Positions 1 to 12,232 of a stretch of DNA of 64,000 bases are shown here, piece by piece. The stretch comes from Paragordius varius (Eukaryota; Animalia; Nematomorpha): positions 310,001 to 374,000 of the forward strand of contig OZ176052.1 of assembly GCA_964247055.1 (NCBI GenBank). The letters run 5' to 3'. Below the pieces are notes generated by a model. The model did no database searches. It was given only the letters and a program-made list of their open reading frames with translations, and was not told the origin of the DNA. How positions within the stretch are numbered: the stretch's first letter is position 1; each line of letters begins with the position of its first letter. The position numbers and the translations under genes are program-made.

Positions 1-59
1 GAGTAGTGTGGTAAAATAATAGAGAGTATTTTAAGAGCGAATGGTATCATCAACTTAAT

Positions 60-390
60 AATTATTAACGGGCTTAATATGTAGAAAAATCTATGATATT
101 AAATAAGATACGTATTAAAGAGTTTGAGAAACTTCAATAAATGCATATTGTATTAATTGTTTATCTTTTGGTGCCTTATTTTATATTGTTTGGCTGAAAA
201 TCATCAAAATAATTTCGGCAAAATTCGAACGGGTGGCAAAAAAATGTTACATTCATAAGCAAAAGACTTGACTTAAGTGTATTTTTTTTTCACTGATCTT
301 CAAGTATACACTTGCTGGCTTAAATAAACATGCTCAACTTAGCACACTTGACTTACAAGTCAAGTGCGACTATTTTATCACCCCACCCAT
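60..390. repeat. Interspersed repeat, paralogous to ~34040-34355 and (inverted, partial) ~16880-17050
   Basis: Shared blocks such as tcaataaatgcatatt...gtgccttattt and cttcaagtatacacttgctggcttaaataaac occur at both loci. Confidence 0.6.
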
Positions 391-564
391 AATATTTTAT
401 GAAAAATTTAGCTATATTTTATGAATGAAGATTTAGCTTTAACCAAAAAAAATTTAATATATTCGCAAATTTTTCTATTTTCTGATATAGAACTCTTGCC
501 ACAAAAGTGTAACTACACGTGTAAGCCTATCATTCCTGCATTTTACTATCGTAATATAAATATT

Positions 565-1720
565 TCATCATTTTATCCTTATAATACTAGACAATGTTTG
601 ATAATTATAATAAAATAGGTTTAAAACCAGTATTATAGTTAAAAAATTGAGCTCTAAGATATGTAACTTCCCAAATATGTCATCGCGGACAAAAAAGTTA
701 AACAGGTCATAAAGTGCTAATTCAAGCAAAAATTCATGAGGCTTGAATGCACTGGCAAAATTAGACAAAAATATAAATCTATAATTTTCAAATTAATATA
801 TTATGTTATACTTTAAATGCTGTTCGTAATCCACATGGTTTTATTTTAATTTATTTTACAAATAGATATTTTTTAAATACTACATATTTTCGACATGCTT
901 CCACCATTTTTTTATTATCGCGCATTTCTTCTAGTGTTTAACACTTGGATACAACACATTCATTTTAGTCCTTCGATTTAAATCGGGGTAGTTAAATACC
1001 CCAGGACTGTTTAAAATTATCTTTAAAAATTATGGAAGGAATCGAAACCACGGCGTTTTGCACTTATAATAAACCGAAATATATAAAAAAATAATACTTG
1101 ATATTACATATTTTAAGGGAAAAACGAAATAAAAAATTTAGTCAGCGTGACATGTCTGCAATGGTAAAATTGAAAAATAATATAAAATAAACCGCTTTTT
1201 TAAATTCTAATGTTAGATGTAATTTAAATAATAAATTAGCTTTAATTACTCTTAAAATTAAATGGACGATATTTTGCAAATATTTTGTAAAAAAATGGCG
1301 TCAAAGTTGACATGAAACTTTTTTCTCCAAAACAATATTTTATTTGGATACTTTGGCATATTTATATAATTTTTATTAGAATAGGAGCATAAATTTAAAT
1401 TGGAACCGTTTCGTACAGTAGTTTTTTAAAAATCCTAACTCAAATTTGATCTGGGGTATTTAGATACCCCAATTTGAATCGAAGTGTTAAATCAATTATT
1501 ATTATCCCTATTTTTTAAATAAATGTTTATATTCACTAGATTTATTTTAAACTTTTAATGGTTAAATAGGTTCATGAGGGCCTTCATTGTATTATTTCTA
1601 TCTATTGATTTTTAGACGCCATAAAACATTAAAATTTAGTAATAATTTGTCTAATGACATTTGTTTTCCATTTTTAATAATACTACTTAATTAATATTCA
1701 CTCAAGTATGTTTTCAATCA
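565..1720. repeat. Diverged copy of the U2 downstream-flank segment
   Basis: gacaatgtttgataat...gattgagctct..gatatgtaacttccc and ttattcactcaagtatgttt also occur at ~30870-32215, ~37970-38580 and ~48310-48920. Confidence 0.7.
942..1486 (-). mobile_element. piggyBac-type MITE with TTAA target duplication
   Basis: TTAA at 938-941 and 1487-1490; ends CACTTGGATACAACAC... and ...TTTGAATCGAAGTG; paralogous flanks at ~31270 and ~48710 lack the insert. Confidence 0.8.
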
Positions 1721-1739
1721 CATTATCTCATATAAATTA

Positions 1740-3920
1740 GATATGGAAATGTCAGAAAAGAATAAAAGTAAATAATGAGAAAAGAACGAATTTAAATGCT
1801 GTGTTTGTTTAATACTAGAGCAATAATTTATTCATATTTGTTAATGTTTTTTTGATGTGGGGGATTAGATCCAATATAATCATTGGATACAAATGAGCTC
1901 CATAGTTCAGAGCTATAAAAAATGGTACTGCTTACCATTTGCTCGATGATCGTGGATGGTTCTTGTGCTAGTCATAAATTATTAATGATTAAGTCATTTT
2001 TTGGATGCCAAACACCAAGTCCGACCACCAGCGGTAGTATTTCTATACTTTTGTATCGCGTTTGCAATATAGCTATCAATCGCATGTATTTGTCAAATTT
2101 ATTTTGAAAGGCATCGTTCAAGGATTGGGATTTGTTTTCGAATTGGCAAATCACATCGATTATATAGCAGTTATTTTTATTGGTTAGTATCAGGTCGGGT
2201 TTCAAGCGCAATTGGGTTAGGGAAGGAATTTTCTTGTAATATTCTTGTGCCCTCGTTAATATGAGTTTTCAGAATTTGCAGACATGCATTGTGGCGTTTA
2301 ATCCAATGCGGAGAGTATTGGAGGCAATGATTTAACATATGGGGGGGGTTTATATGCCCTCCCACATCTCCTGCACAATGGATTTCTAGCCGACCCTGGA
2401 CGGCTATTCACAGGCAGATGATTAAGGCGAGCTTTGTGAATAAACCGCCAGGTTTTGAACGATGTATATGTTCCTGTCAGGGTAAAGTGAGATGAGGTAG
2501 GATGATGTTGAATGGCCTCAATCACTTTACCCTGATTAGGACAATCAGTTTAGGATTGTAAGCTATGTTTAACTTTTCTTTTGGATAGGGTTGCCATAAT
2601 AATTTTTCGTGCGTTCGGGTCGATGTTTACCAAGTGCCCTTTTATGAGGTATGAAATTTTTAAATTCCCATGTCAGGTCAAGTCTTTTAGAGGCTTACCT
2701 GTTTGTATATAGGGATGAGCATCCTCTAGTTTTAATTTGTATTTCATTATTGAAGTATTGGTTTAATTGAATATCGTTAGTGGAGGTTGAGTTTGTATGT
2801 TTAGCTATTGTATGTTTAAGATGGATTTTGGTTTGGTCTGCTAATTTTTCATCGGGAGAAGTGAGGAGTTTGTAAGTTGAGTCAATTAAATATGTATCAT
2901 GTAGAATGCCAAGCTGAGATAAACCGAGATCGCCAGCTTTTGTGGGTGCGTAGAAATAATTGGTATTGGCACTGGCGGGTAAGGCTGTAATTTTTTTGAT
3001 CAGAGATCGAATCTTATTATCAGATTTAGTTAGATCGGTTTTTTTCAATGCTCCCACTCTGAGGGAGTGGATAATGGTAGGAAATATGAATGTTTCAAGG
3101 CAGTCTAATTTCTGCCACGGTGCCAGATTGGATTGGATTATATTGTCAACCAGGTTATCCAGTTCTTGGATTTTAAGGGGGTGCTAAGGGCGAAATTGGT
3201 TTGCCAAGGTATGAAATGGATTTTCCTTCAGAGATTTGCTCGATGATTTGATTATGTATGGTTATTGTAGGATTTGGCGAGTTAATACTAAGAAGAGCAG
3301 ATTTGTTGGCATTTATTGTTATGTTATGTGATTGAAGCCAATGCTCTGCAGTGAGGATGGTTTTTTGGAGAGCATCGCCTTGGTGCGCGATAATTACCAA
3401 ATCATCGGCATACGCAAGGGATGTGGAGGATGTGTTTAACAACTCTAAGAGAGGGTTGATCGCCAAGTTGAATAACGATCCGGAGACAGGACAGCCCTGT
3501 TTAATGCCCTTGTGAAAAGGAATAGGATCTGTGAGTCCGGCTTGCGTATATATTTGGGTTTTAGAGTTGGTTATATTTTGAATGATGATATTTTTAATGT
3601 TGTGTTTATTGGAATTTGACAAATTGTATTAATAAGTATGTTATGGGGAATTGAATCAAAGGCCTTGTTGATATCGAGAAATGCTATAAATAGTCTATGC
3701 TTATCTTGTTTCGCACTCTTAATTTTTTGTTCAATCACATAGTTGTGCTCTAATACCCCACCAAAGGGCATAAAGCCTTTTTGAATAGAGTAAATTAAGG
3801 TTTTGTCTATTATGGTTTTGAGTAAGGTTTGGTTCACATATTTAAAGAAAATTCTATAGTTTATTAAATATAGTTATGGGTCTAAAAATTTTTATGTGGT
3901 TTATGTTACCCTTTTTGTGC
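1740..3920 (-). mobile_element. Utopia-like RLE non-LTR retrotransposon, lineage A, 5'-truncated and degenerate
   Basis: Pieces with QKGFMPFGGVLEHN, KQGCPVSG, LAYADD, RFIHKARLN, CRRC and LKPDLIL...IIDVICQFEN; 3' UTR similar to 5341-5440; the U2 3' half is deleted and the element joins flank sequence at ~1720. Confidence 0.85.
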
Positions 3921-5447
3921 CTCGAGCAAATCTCTGAAGGAAAATCCATCTCATACCTTGGCAAACCAATTTCGCTCTTAGCACCCCCCAAAAATACCCA
4001 AGAACTGGATAACCTGGTTGACAATATAATACAATCCAATCTGGCACCGTGACAGAAATTAGACTGCCTTAAAACATTCATTTTTCCTACCATTATCCAC
4101 TCCCTCAGAGTGGGAGCATTGAAAAAAACCGATCTAACTAAATCTTATAATAAGATTCGATCTCTGATCAAAAAAATTACAGCCTTACCCGCCAGTGCCA
4201 ATACCAATTATTTCTACGCACCCACAAAAGCTGGCGATCTCGGTTTATCTCAGCTTGGCATTCTACATGATACATATTTAATTGACTCAACTTACAAACT
4301 CCTCACTTCTCCCGATGAAAAATTAGCAGACCAAACCAAAATCCATCTTAAACATACAATAGCTAAACATACAAACTCAACCTCCACTAACGATACTGAG
4401 TTAAACCAATACTTCAATAATGAAATACAGATCAAAACTACTGGATGCTCATCCTTCCAAAGCCAGGCAAGCCTCTAAAAGGCTTGACCTGGCATGGGAA
4501 TTTCAAAATTCGATACCTTTCATAAAAGGGCAATCGGTAAATTGAGCCCAATGCCAGAAAAATTATTGTATCCTCAATATGCAAAAGAAATGCGAAAAAC
4601 CACCTAAAATCCCTAATTGATTGCCCGAATCAGGGTAAAGTGATTGAAGCCATACAACAACATCCAGCCTCATCCCACTTTACCCTTTCAGGCACATATA
4701 CATATATTTAAATGCTGGCGGTTTATTCATAAAGCACGCCTTAATCTCCTGCCCGTGAATAGCCGTCCAGGATCAGCCAAAAATCCAATGTGCAGGAGAT
4801 GTAGGAAGACTAATGAAACACTCCCACATGTGTTAAATCGTTGCCTCCAATACTCTCCGCACTGGATTAGGCGACACAACGCTTGTTTGGATATTTTAGA
4901 AAAACAAAGGATACAACAATAATGAATGAAAACACCTACTCGACACATCTATTATTATAACCTGGCCTAATATTATTCAACAAAAATATCTGTTATATAA
5001 TAGATGCCGTCTGTCCATTTAAAAACAGATATCAGTCCCTACGGAGGCACATAACAAAAAATTGACAAATACAACCCCCTAATATCTATAATGCAAACGC
5101 ATTAAAAGGTTGAAATAGTTCCTCTGGTATTGTTGGTGCTTGGCATCCAAAAAGTCATTTTATCATCAAAGTATTGCCCAGCCCAAGATGCTTCCACAAT
5201 CCGGAAAATGATGACAAGCTGCACCATTTTCTATAGCTCAGAACTATGGAGCTCATTTAATCTGAATATTGGATTTAATCCTCTCCATACATCAAAAAAT
5301 CTTAACAAATATGAATAAATTATTACTATAGTATTAAACAAACACATCATTTATATTCGTTCTTTTTTTCCTTCTTCGCGACATTTTCTTCCATATCTAA
5401 TTATATGATATAATTGTGATAAAACCTAAACATATTTAATAAAATCA
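3921..5447 (+). mobile_element. Utopia-like element, lineage A, 5'-truncated (thumb, CCHC, RLE, 3' UTR)
   Basis: ORFs 4110-4478 and 4644-4922 match the 996-aa ORF at 49994-52984; the element runs directly into a U2 3' half at 5448. Confidence 0.85.
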
Positions 5448-5598
5448 TTCTATTCTTATCAGCCTAATACCTGATACGACCTCTAAAGAGGTCCGTGATA
5501 TTAATTTTTTTGGAGATTTGGTGAAGGCGCTCTGGCCTTGCCTATCTCTTCCCATCGGGTCAACCTGGCAGTGCAGTATCTCCAGATGTCGCCCAAAC
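5448..5598 (+). pseudogene. U2: U2 snRNA 3' half (from ~nt 39), degenerate
   Basis: ttctattcttatcagcctaatacctgatacgacctctaaagaggtcc...ttttttggag...caacctggcagtgcagtatctccag shows SLIIa/IIb, Sm site and SLIV. Confidence 0.9.
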
Positions 5599-6002
5599 AA
5601 TCATCACCAATTGAATTTTTTTAAACAAAATAGATAAAATCAGTTTTAATAATGTGTATCTATATCAAGCCACTTCTGTATATCCCAGGGATCACTAAAA
5701 CTCCAAAAAAAAACAACATTAGGGATTGAACAAACTTAAGTAAGTGATGAATTACACTATAACAAAATGATAAACATACCTGCGTGAATAACAATTAATG
5801 TTAAAATGGGTGACCAACGTAAAAAATATCACTATTGTTTACTGAGAATTACGAATTCAATGCCTAAAAAGTAAATTTTTTTAGCGTTAAAAAAACAATA
5901 AATACAAATGTTACATGAAAGGGCGTCAAGAAAATAAATAATATTAAAAAATTTAAAATAAATTTAGCAAACAAATATAAAATTTAAATTTCTTGAATGG
6001 TG

Positions 6003-6600
6003 ATCAAAGTGTTACAAAAAAAAGGATGTAGCATATCCACTTTGCCACTGTCCACAAAAGACGTCCCTTGCTGCCCTTCCATGCACCAGTCAATGGTGGT
6101 TCAGTGATAGCCGTCTAGTTACGTGGGGGTTCGGGTTGACTTCTAGGGTTTTATATATAAAACATGTATAAACTAAAATAAAGAAATATTTGATATTTTA
6201 CAGGTAAAATAAATCTTATCGACTATATCCTATATATTTATACTAATAGAATTTTATAGCATAACATTCTTAAAAATATAACGTATGTATACTCTAACTT
6301 AATTTAACCGAGTCCCTATTTATCATACTGTTACAGTATTTATCTGCTTAATACGATTTTGAATCATTATTTAATTTTGATTACTGTGTTTTGTTAATAT
6401 ATAATTCCGTTTTTAATGTTTGGATTTTTTTAGATCTTAAATTCAAATTTTCTTTTTGTAGATCATGTTAATATGCCGCATTCGTAATCATTATCTTTTA
6501 TCTATAAATTTCAATAATTTACTTTTTATAATTGCTGCATTTAAAATTCCGCATTAAGTCCTAAGATTTATCTTTGGCATACGCCTATATAAAATTAATG
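6003..6600 (+). repeat. Repeat with GC-rich head containing a tRNA-Gly-like segment (SINE-like?); second copy at 31287-32007
   Basis: gccactgtccacaaaagacgtcccttgctgcccttcc...tggtggttcagtgatag...cgggttgacttctagg and the following AT-rich tail are shared with the minus-strand copy. Confidence 0.55.
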
Positions 6601-6619
6601 TTGATCCGGCATAATTTTA

Positions 6620-6976
6620 TTATTTTTTTTGCAAAATATCGTGTTTTACATCAAACTAAAATAAGTATACGTTTTTAGTAAAATCATATTTGAAATTAAT
6701 ATAAACAGAAAAAATGGTATATTCACTATTTTTATATTTAGCTTATGCACACATGTCATGTTGGCTAAATTTTTACCTTTGGGTTTTACCTCTGAATAAG
6801 TAATATCAAGTATTTTTGAATAAATATTTTATTATATTTCTAGTCATTGATGCTATATAAGTGCAAATTTTACTAGGTTATCAATTTATTCCATATTTTA
6901 AAATATTTAATTTAAACAAGCCATGGTAACTAACTACCCCAATTGAATCGAAGGTCTAAAATGAAATACTCAAGTG
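6620..6976 (+). mobile_element. Partial piggyBac-type MITE
   Basis: Right end ctaccccaattgaatcgaaggtctaaaatg...caagtg followed by TTAA. Confidence 0.6.
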
Positions 6977-7355
6977 TTAATCCATCCCTTTATTAAGATT
7001 AATGATCATTACAATATATTTGTATTTTATTTTTTTTGTCCACTGAGTACTTATTAAACCTTTTATAGCAATTTTAATTAGTACATTCTAATCGACATAT
7101 TTTATGATCAGTTAATTACGCCTTTTTTATTTTTTGGATTCGATCTCGTTTACAGCAAAAATTTATCCATTTATCATACTATATGCACATTTGTTTTGGC
7201 CTAATCACTCTATTGTTGGCTAATTGGTAATAGAGTGCTTGTGTTAAACAAATTTTGTTTATTAAAAATGTTATAAAAATACAAAAAAATTGTATAATTT
7301 CGATCATTTCAATGTTATATTGTTTAAAAGTTTCCGAATTGTTTTCAATGATTGT

Positions 7356-7498
7356 GTTTGCGCCACTCCTGGAGGTACTGCAATACCAAGGTGACGGGAG
7401 GGATAGGCAAGCCCAGAGCGCTTCACCAAAATCTTCAAAAAAAAATATCATGGACCTCTTTAGAGGTCGTATCAGATAATAAACTTATAAGAACATAT
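7356..7498 (-). pseudogene. U2: U2 snRNA 3' half (from nt 39)
   Basis: Minus strand reads atatgttcttataag...tctgatacgacctctaaagaggtccatg...ggtattgcagtacctccaggagtggcgcaaac. Confidence 0.9.
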
Positions 7499-9738
7499 TT
7501 TTATTTATTATATATATGTGTGATTAATTATAACATATTTTTCAATAGATTGATCAATGCTGGCTATGAAATGAAGACTTGCGAATTTAAATATAATATT
7601 TTTAATGAATTTTGAAATAAAAATATTTTACGTTAAAAAAATAGGAAAGAAAAACCCCGGACGGGATTGAAAAAAACTATTCCAAAGCAATCTTTGGTTG
7701 ATCCTGTTGGTTTGTTTCTCGCACAATTCCGTTTCCATTCGACGACTGTTGATTTGTTGAGGAATTAACCAAAGTTTCATTGCTGAGTCATAATTGATTG
7801 ATAATGATAACCATTGGTTGGGTTCTAGGTAGATGTTTCGGCAGACGCAAAGAATTGGTCGGAATCTCTTTCGGGAAGTTCCTCCATTTTTAAACCCGTA
7901 CCAGAGCCGTGATGAGTGTCGTATTGTAAAACTCATCATCAGGCTTCCGAGCCAAAAAAATAGAGGAACTGAGTGTAATATGCTTCAACTATTTGTCGTT
8001 TTTTCGTATACCATGATCCTAACCGACGACTAGCGTAAATATCTTGACTCTGTTTGAGTTATCAGATAATAAGGACATTAAAGGGGTATATTTTTCCACC
8101 TTATTTTCCAGAAGACCGCCAACCGATCATCTAAAGAACAGTTCACGTAGATGATATAGATTATCCTTAGAGTATTTAACCACTAGATCCGGTTTAAGGG
8201 GGAGGGAGGCTGGGTAGGAGTTCTCGGATATGATTTCAACGCCACAAGAAAAATGTGTTTTAATTATATTGACGATGAAATCGCCGAGCTCTCTATGCGC
8301 GGGATAATCTTAAACAATGAATAAAAATAAGGGGTAAACTTTCCAGATGACGCCCGCATCGTCGACAGGGTTATGGGAAGAACCTGGAGGCGCGTTCGTA
8401 GGAAGTAGATTTAGTCGGGCTCGATGGATTGATTGCCCGAAAAGAAATACCTGATCCGGAGGTTATGAATGAGGAGCTGGCTTTGTGGAAGAAAATTACC
8501 TGGATAGCACGGCCTTGGGAGGGACACGCGATAAGGCTGTTTAAAAACGAACAAGTATATTTAGAATAAATTGGATGAACAAGTACGCGACAGGAGAACA
8601 AGACAATATTAAACTTTCTTTTATAAAGGGCTGGGAATTGAAGTATTTGGATTGGAGGCCAAGGCATTTGGATGCCAAGCGAGATTGGTTGAAGATGTTG
8701 AAGGTTTAGATTGTTTGAACCTGGGAAAAATTCAAAGGTCTTGGATTCAAATATTGTCCTTAAAGAAATGGTGGCTAGAAGAGTAGAATAGGCGTGTTCA
8801 GAATGAACGGATCAGAGCTAGTTAGGAGCCTGAGTATAGTCTCTGTATATATCGGGAAGAAAGAATGTTTCAGAGACGCCTAGACCCTCTTTAAAGACTG
8901 GAATGTAATAGTTTGTGGAGGTTCATTGGGAAAGCGATGTGATTTTCTTTATAGTATGCAGACACCGAGCCCATACGAAATTTATGGATCAGTGTACAAA
9001 CGTTTTAAAGCATCCAGCATCTGCCTTCAGGTTGGATGAACTTTCATAAGTTGTCGGGAGGAACCACAATCCTATCTGGCTTATCATGAGTCTGGCCTTG
9101 CTGCAGAGTGGGAACCACGTGTCCATCTATCTCTATATGAGTGGATAAACTCCCTATGTAAGATAGATGTTTAATAATTTTTATTTAAACGGGGGTATTG
9201 CAAACTGGCCCAAGAAAAGAGTGGGCCACGAATGCACCATTAATCATTTTTATATGATTAAAGTCATCTGCAAGCGAGACAAGTGGTGTAATGAGTGTTG
9301 TTCAGGGAGGATATCAGAAGATTGATGACTGAATCAAAAGAAGTGGGGACAGAGGACATCCTTGGCAAGTTCCTCTTTTAAGAAAAATGAAGAAGGGCTT
9401 GCTCGTTTGAAATGCGAGTGGAGGAATTAAAGAAAAGAGTAAACAGAATTGAAAACAAATTATCAGATCTAACTATATCGCGAAGGAAATGGCGGAGGAA
9501 ATCAAAAGAAGCAGCATCGAGCCCCAGAAGGAAGAATGGGTGTCGATGATGCCGAGACAATTTGTGAATGAGAAATGTTCGAGAATTCCATTATAAAGTA
9601 TGAATCCTTTCTGATGGGGAAAACAATAATTTTAGAAAGATAGGTGGAGAGGGACTTTTAAATAATGATAGAGATATTCCGTAGCTGTTATCTAAAAGTG
9701 AAATGGGCCTAAAGTTGGCGGAATTAGCAGCGTCACCC
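7499..9738 (-). mobile_element. Utopia-like element, lineage B, 5'-truncated and degenerate
   Basis: Starts at GDAANSANFRPISL (RT); contains LIACPSQGRAI...KASSSFITSGSGISFR; the 3' UTR abuts the U2 3' half at 7498. Confidence 0.75.
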
Positions 9739-10884
9739 AACTTGTTTCGTACAATTTATTCTAATACTTGGTCGTTTTTAAACACCCTTATCGCGTGTCC
9801 TTCGCAAGGCCGTGCAATCGAAGCAGCCTCCCTACACAAAGCTAGCTCCTCATTTATTACAGCCGGATCAGGCATTTCTTTTCGAGATTTGAGATTTATC
9901 CATCGGGCCCGCCTTAACTTACTTCCAACAAACACGCGACCCGGCTCTTCGCATAACCCCTCCTGTCGGCGATGCGGGCGCCATCCTGAAACACTACCCC
10001 ATTTTTTTAACCATTGTTTAAGATATTCGCGTTCATGGAGATCTCGGCATGATTCCATCGTCACTATACTAAAAACACATTAATCTTGTGGCGCTGAAAT
10101 CATGTAAGAGAACTCCTACCCAGCCTCCCTCCCCCTGAAACCTGACTTAGTAATTAAATTCCGCGGCATTATATACATCATCGACGTGACCTGTCCTTTC
10201 GATGATCGGTTGGCGGCCTTGGCTGGAACAATAAGGTGGAAAATTATCTCTTTAATTCCCTTATTTTCTAATAACTCAAACGAAGTCAAGATACTCCCAT
10301 TGGTGGTCGGAAGTTTAGGATCATGGTACCCAAAAAACGACGAAGGTTAAAGAATATTACATCTAGTTCCTCTATTTCTCGGCTCAGAAGCCTGATGATA
10401 AGTTCAACAATACGACACTCATCACGGCTCTGGTATTAAAAATAAAGAAACTTCCCGACAGAGATATAACCTCTAACCCGGCCGTCATTTCTCCAGCCAC
10501 TGTTGAAACATGTACTTAGAACACAACCAATAGTGATCTTTTTCAATCAACATCACAAATGATACCAAAACTTAGCCCTATTACTTTGGTCAATCTTTCA
10601 ACAATACAACAATTGAGTGAAAACGAAATTGTGCGAGATCAAATCAACCAACAGGATCAAACAAAGATTATTTTGGGAGAGTTTTTTTAACCACGTCCGG
10701 GGTTTTTTTTTCCTATTTTTTTCCTCAATTGGTAGTTAATTTTTTACACGTAAAATATTTTTATGACAAAATTTATTATAAATTTTAAATATAAATTCGT
10801 AAGTCTTCATTTCATAGCCAACAATGATCAATATATTGAAAAATACATTAAAACTTATATTATACATATATTAAATATGTAAAA
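9739..10884 (+). mobile_element. Utopia-like element, lineage B, 3' portion
   Basis: RFIHRARLNLLP, CRRC...H..NHC knuckle and LPLKPDLV...IIDVTCPFD (RLE); the 3' UTR abuts the U2 3' half at 10885. Confidence 0.85.
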
Positions 10885-11036
10885 ATCTGTTCCTATAAGT
10901 TTAATATCTAATACGACCTCTAAAGAGGTCTATGATACTAAATTATTTTTTGGCAATTTTGGGGAGGCGCTCTGGGCTTGCCTATCCCTCCCCATCGGGT
11001 CAACCTGGTATTGCAGTACCTCCAGGAGTCCAAAGA
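10885..11036 (+). pseudogene. U2: U2 snRNA 3' half (from nt 39)
   Basis: atctgttcctataagtttaatatctaatacgacctctaaagaggtc...atttttttggc...cctggtattgcagtacctccagg. Confidence 0.9.
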
Positions 11037-11231
11037 CAATCATTAAAACCATTTTTAAAACCTTTTTGAAACAAATAATTTTTAAAAAATGATGATAGAA
11101 AAATGAAAAGTTTATAAGGATCATAATGTTGTGTATGTTTAAGTTTTAAACAAATCAGTTTTTATAGACTCTATAAATATCGGGCCACTTTTCTATTTAT
11201 ACCAGGATCCAAAACTCCAAAAACAAAAAAA

Positions 11232-11560
11232 TATTTTATTCCTCAATTACAATCCCAATTTAAAACAGTCTGGAATCTTCCACTAGTCGTAGGAGCATTA
11301 GGTGCATGGCACCCGAAAAATATTATTCTTAATAAACTCTGCTCATCGCTAGATGCTCAGATAATTCGCAAATAAATGGTAAGCAATACCATTTTCTATA
11401 GCTTAGAAATATGAAGATCCTTTATAATCTCAAATAATTATGTAGGAAATATAGGACCACCTTATTTTAAATAATCTATAAAATAATCAATTTATTCTCG
11501 TACTATAACAAGTATAGCATTTACATATTTGCTTCGATATCTAATCCATATAGTATTATG
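11232..11560 (+). mobile_element. Lineage A Utopia 3'-end remnant
   Basis: Translates to IPQLQSQFKTVWNLPLVVGALGAWHPK...KLCSSLDAQ, matching ORF 49497-49934. Confidence 0.7.
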
Positions 11561-12122
11561 TAATAACACACATATATATTTAACACTTTACAAACTTTCC
11601 CCTTTTTGAATTTACATTTTGGTGTAGTTTTATAACCTAGAGCTAAATTTTGTAAATAAATTACAGTTTTGAAAGTTATTTTAATTAAAATTTAATTATC
11701 AATTTTTCATCTTTTAGATAGAAAAGCTTGTATATTTATTAAGTGACTTCTAGAGATTTAAATTGGAACACCCCCAAAAGCGTATTTAAACGAACAGCTG
11801 ATATTAAAACCAAAATATATCAAGTAAATTTAGCTTGAAAGTTTTTTAAAGTTAATTATATACATTGGCCAACTATAATATACATTAATTTGCCTGTTGC
11901 ATTGGCGAATAAAAATTATAGAAAAAATGGCAGTAAAAATTGAGATGAGAATTATATACAATTTTAGATTGTAAAATTTTTTTTTATAATGCGCACCATA
12001 AAAACTAAAGCGAGCATTTTTTATTTTTGGCTTAATACTTTAAATACTTTTAAAATATTCAAATTTAAAATGGCTTTAAGACATAAAACTACCCCAAAAG
12101 GTATGGAGTGTAAAATAAATTA

Positions 12123-12232
12123 AATCTAACTTTTCAGCTTAATATCAATACGACCTATAAAGAGGTCCATATTAACCTTATTTTTTTGGAGTAGCGTTTC
12201 TGAACTTGCCTATCCATCCCCACCGAATCAAT
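12123..12232 (+). pseudogene. U2: Highly degenerate U2 3' half
   Basis: atctaacttttcagcttaatatcaatacgacctataaagaggtccat...tttttttggag; preceded by AATAAATTAA, like the lineage C 3' tail. Confidence 0.7.
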
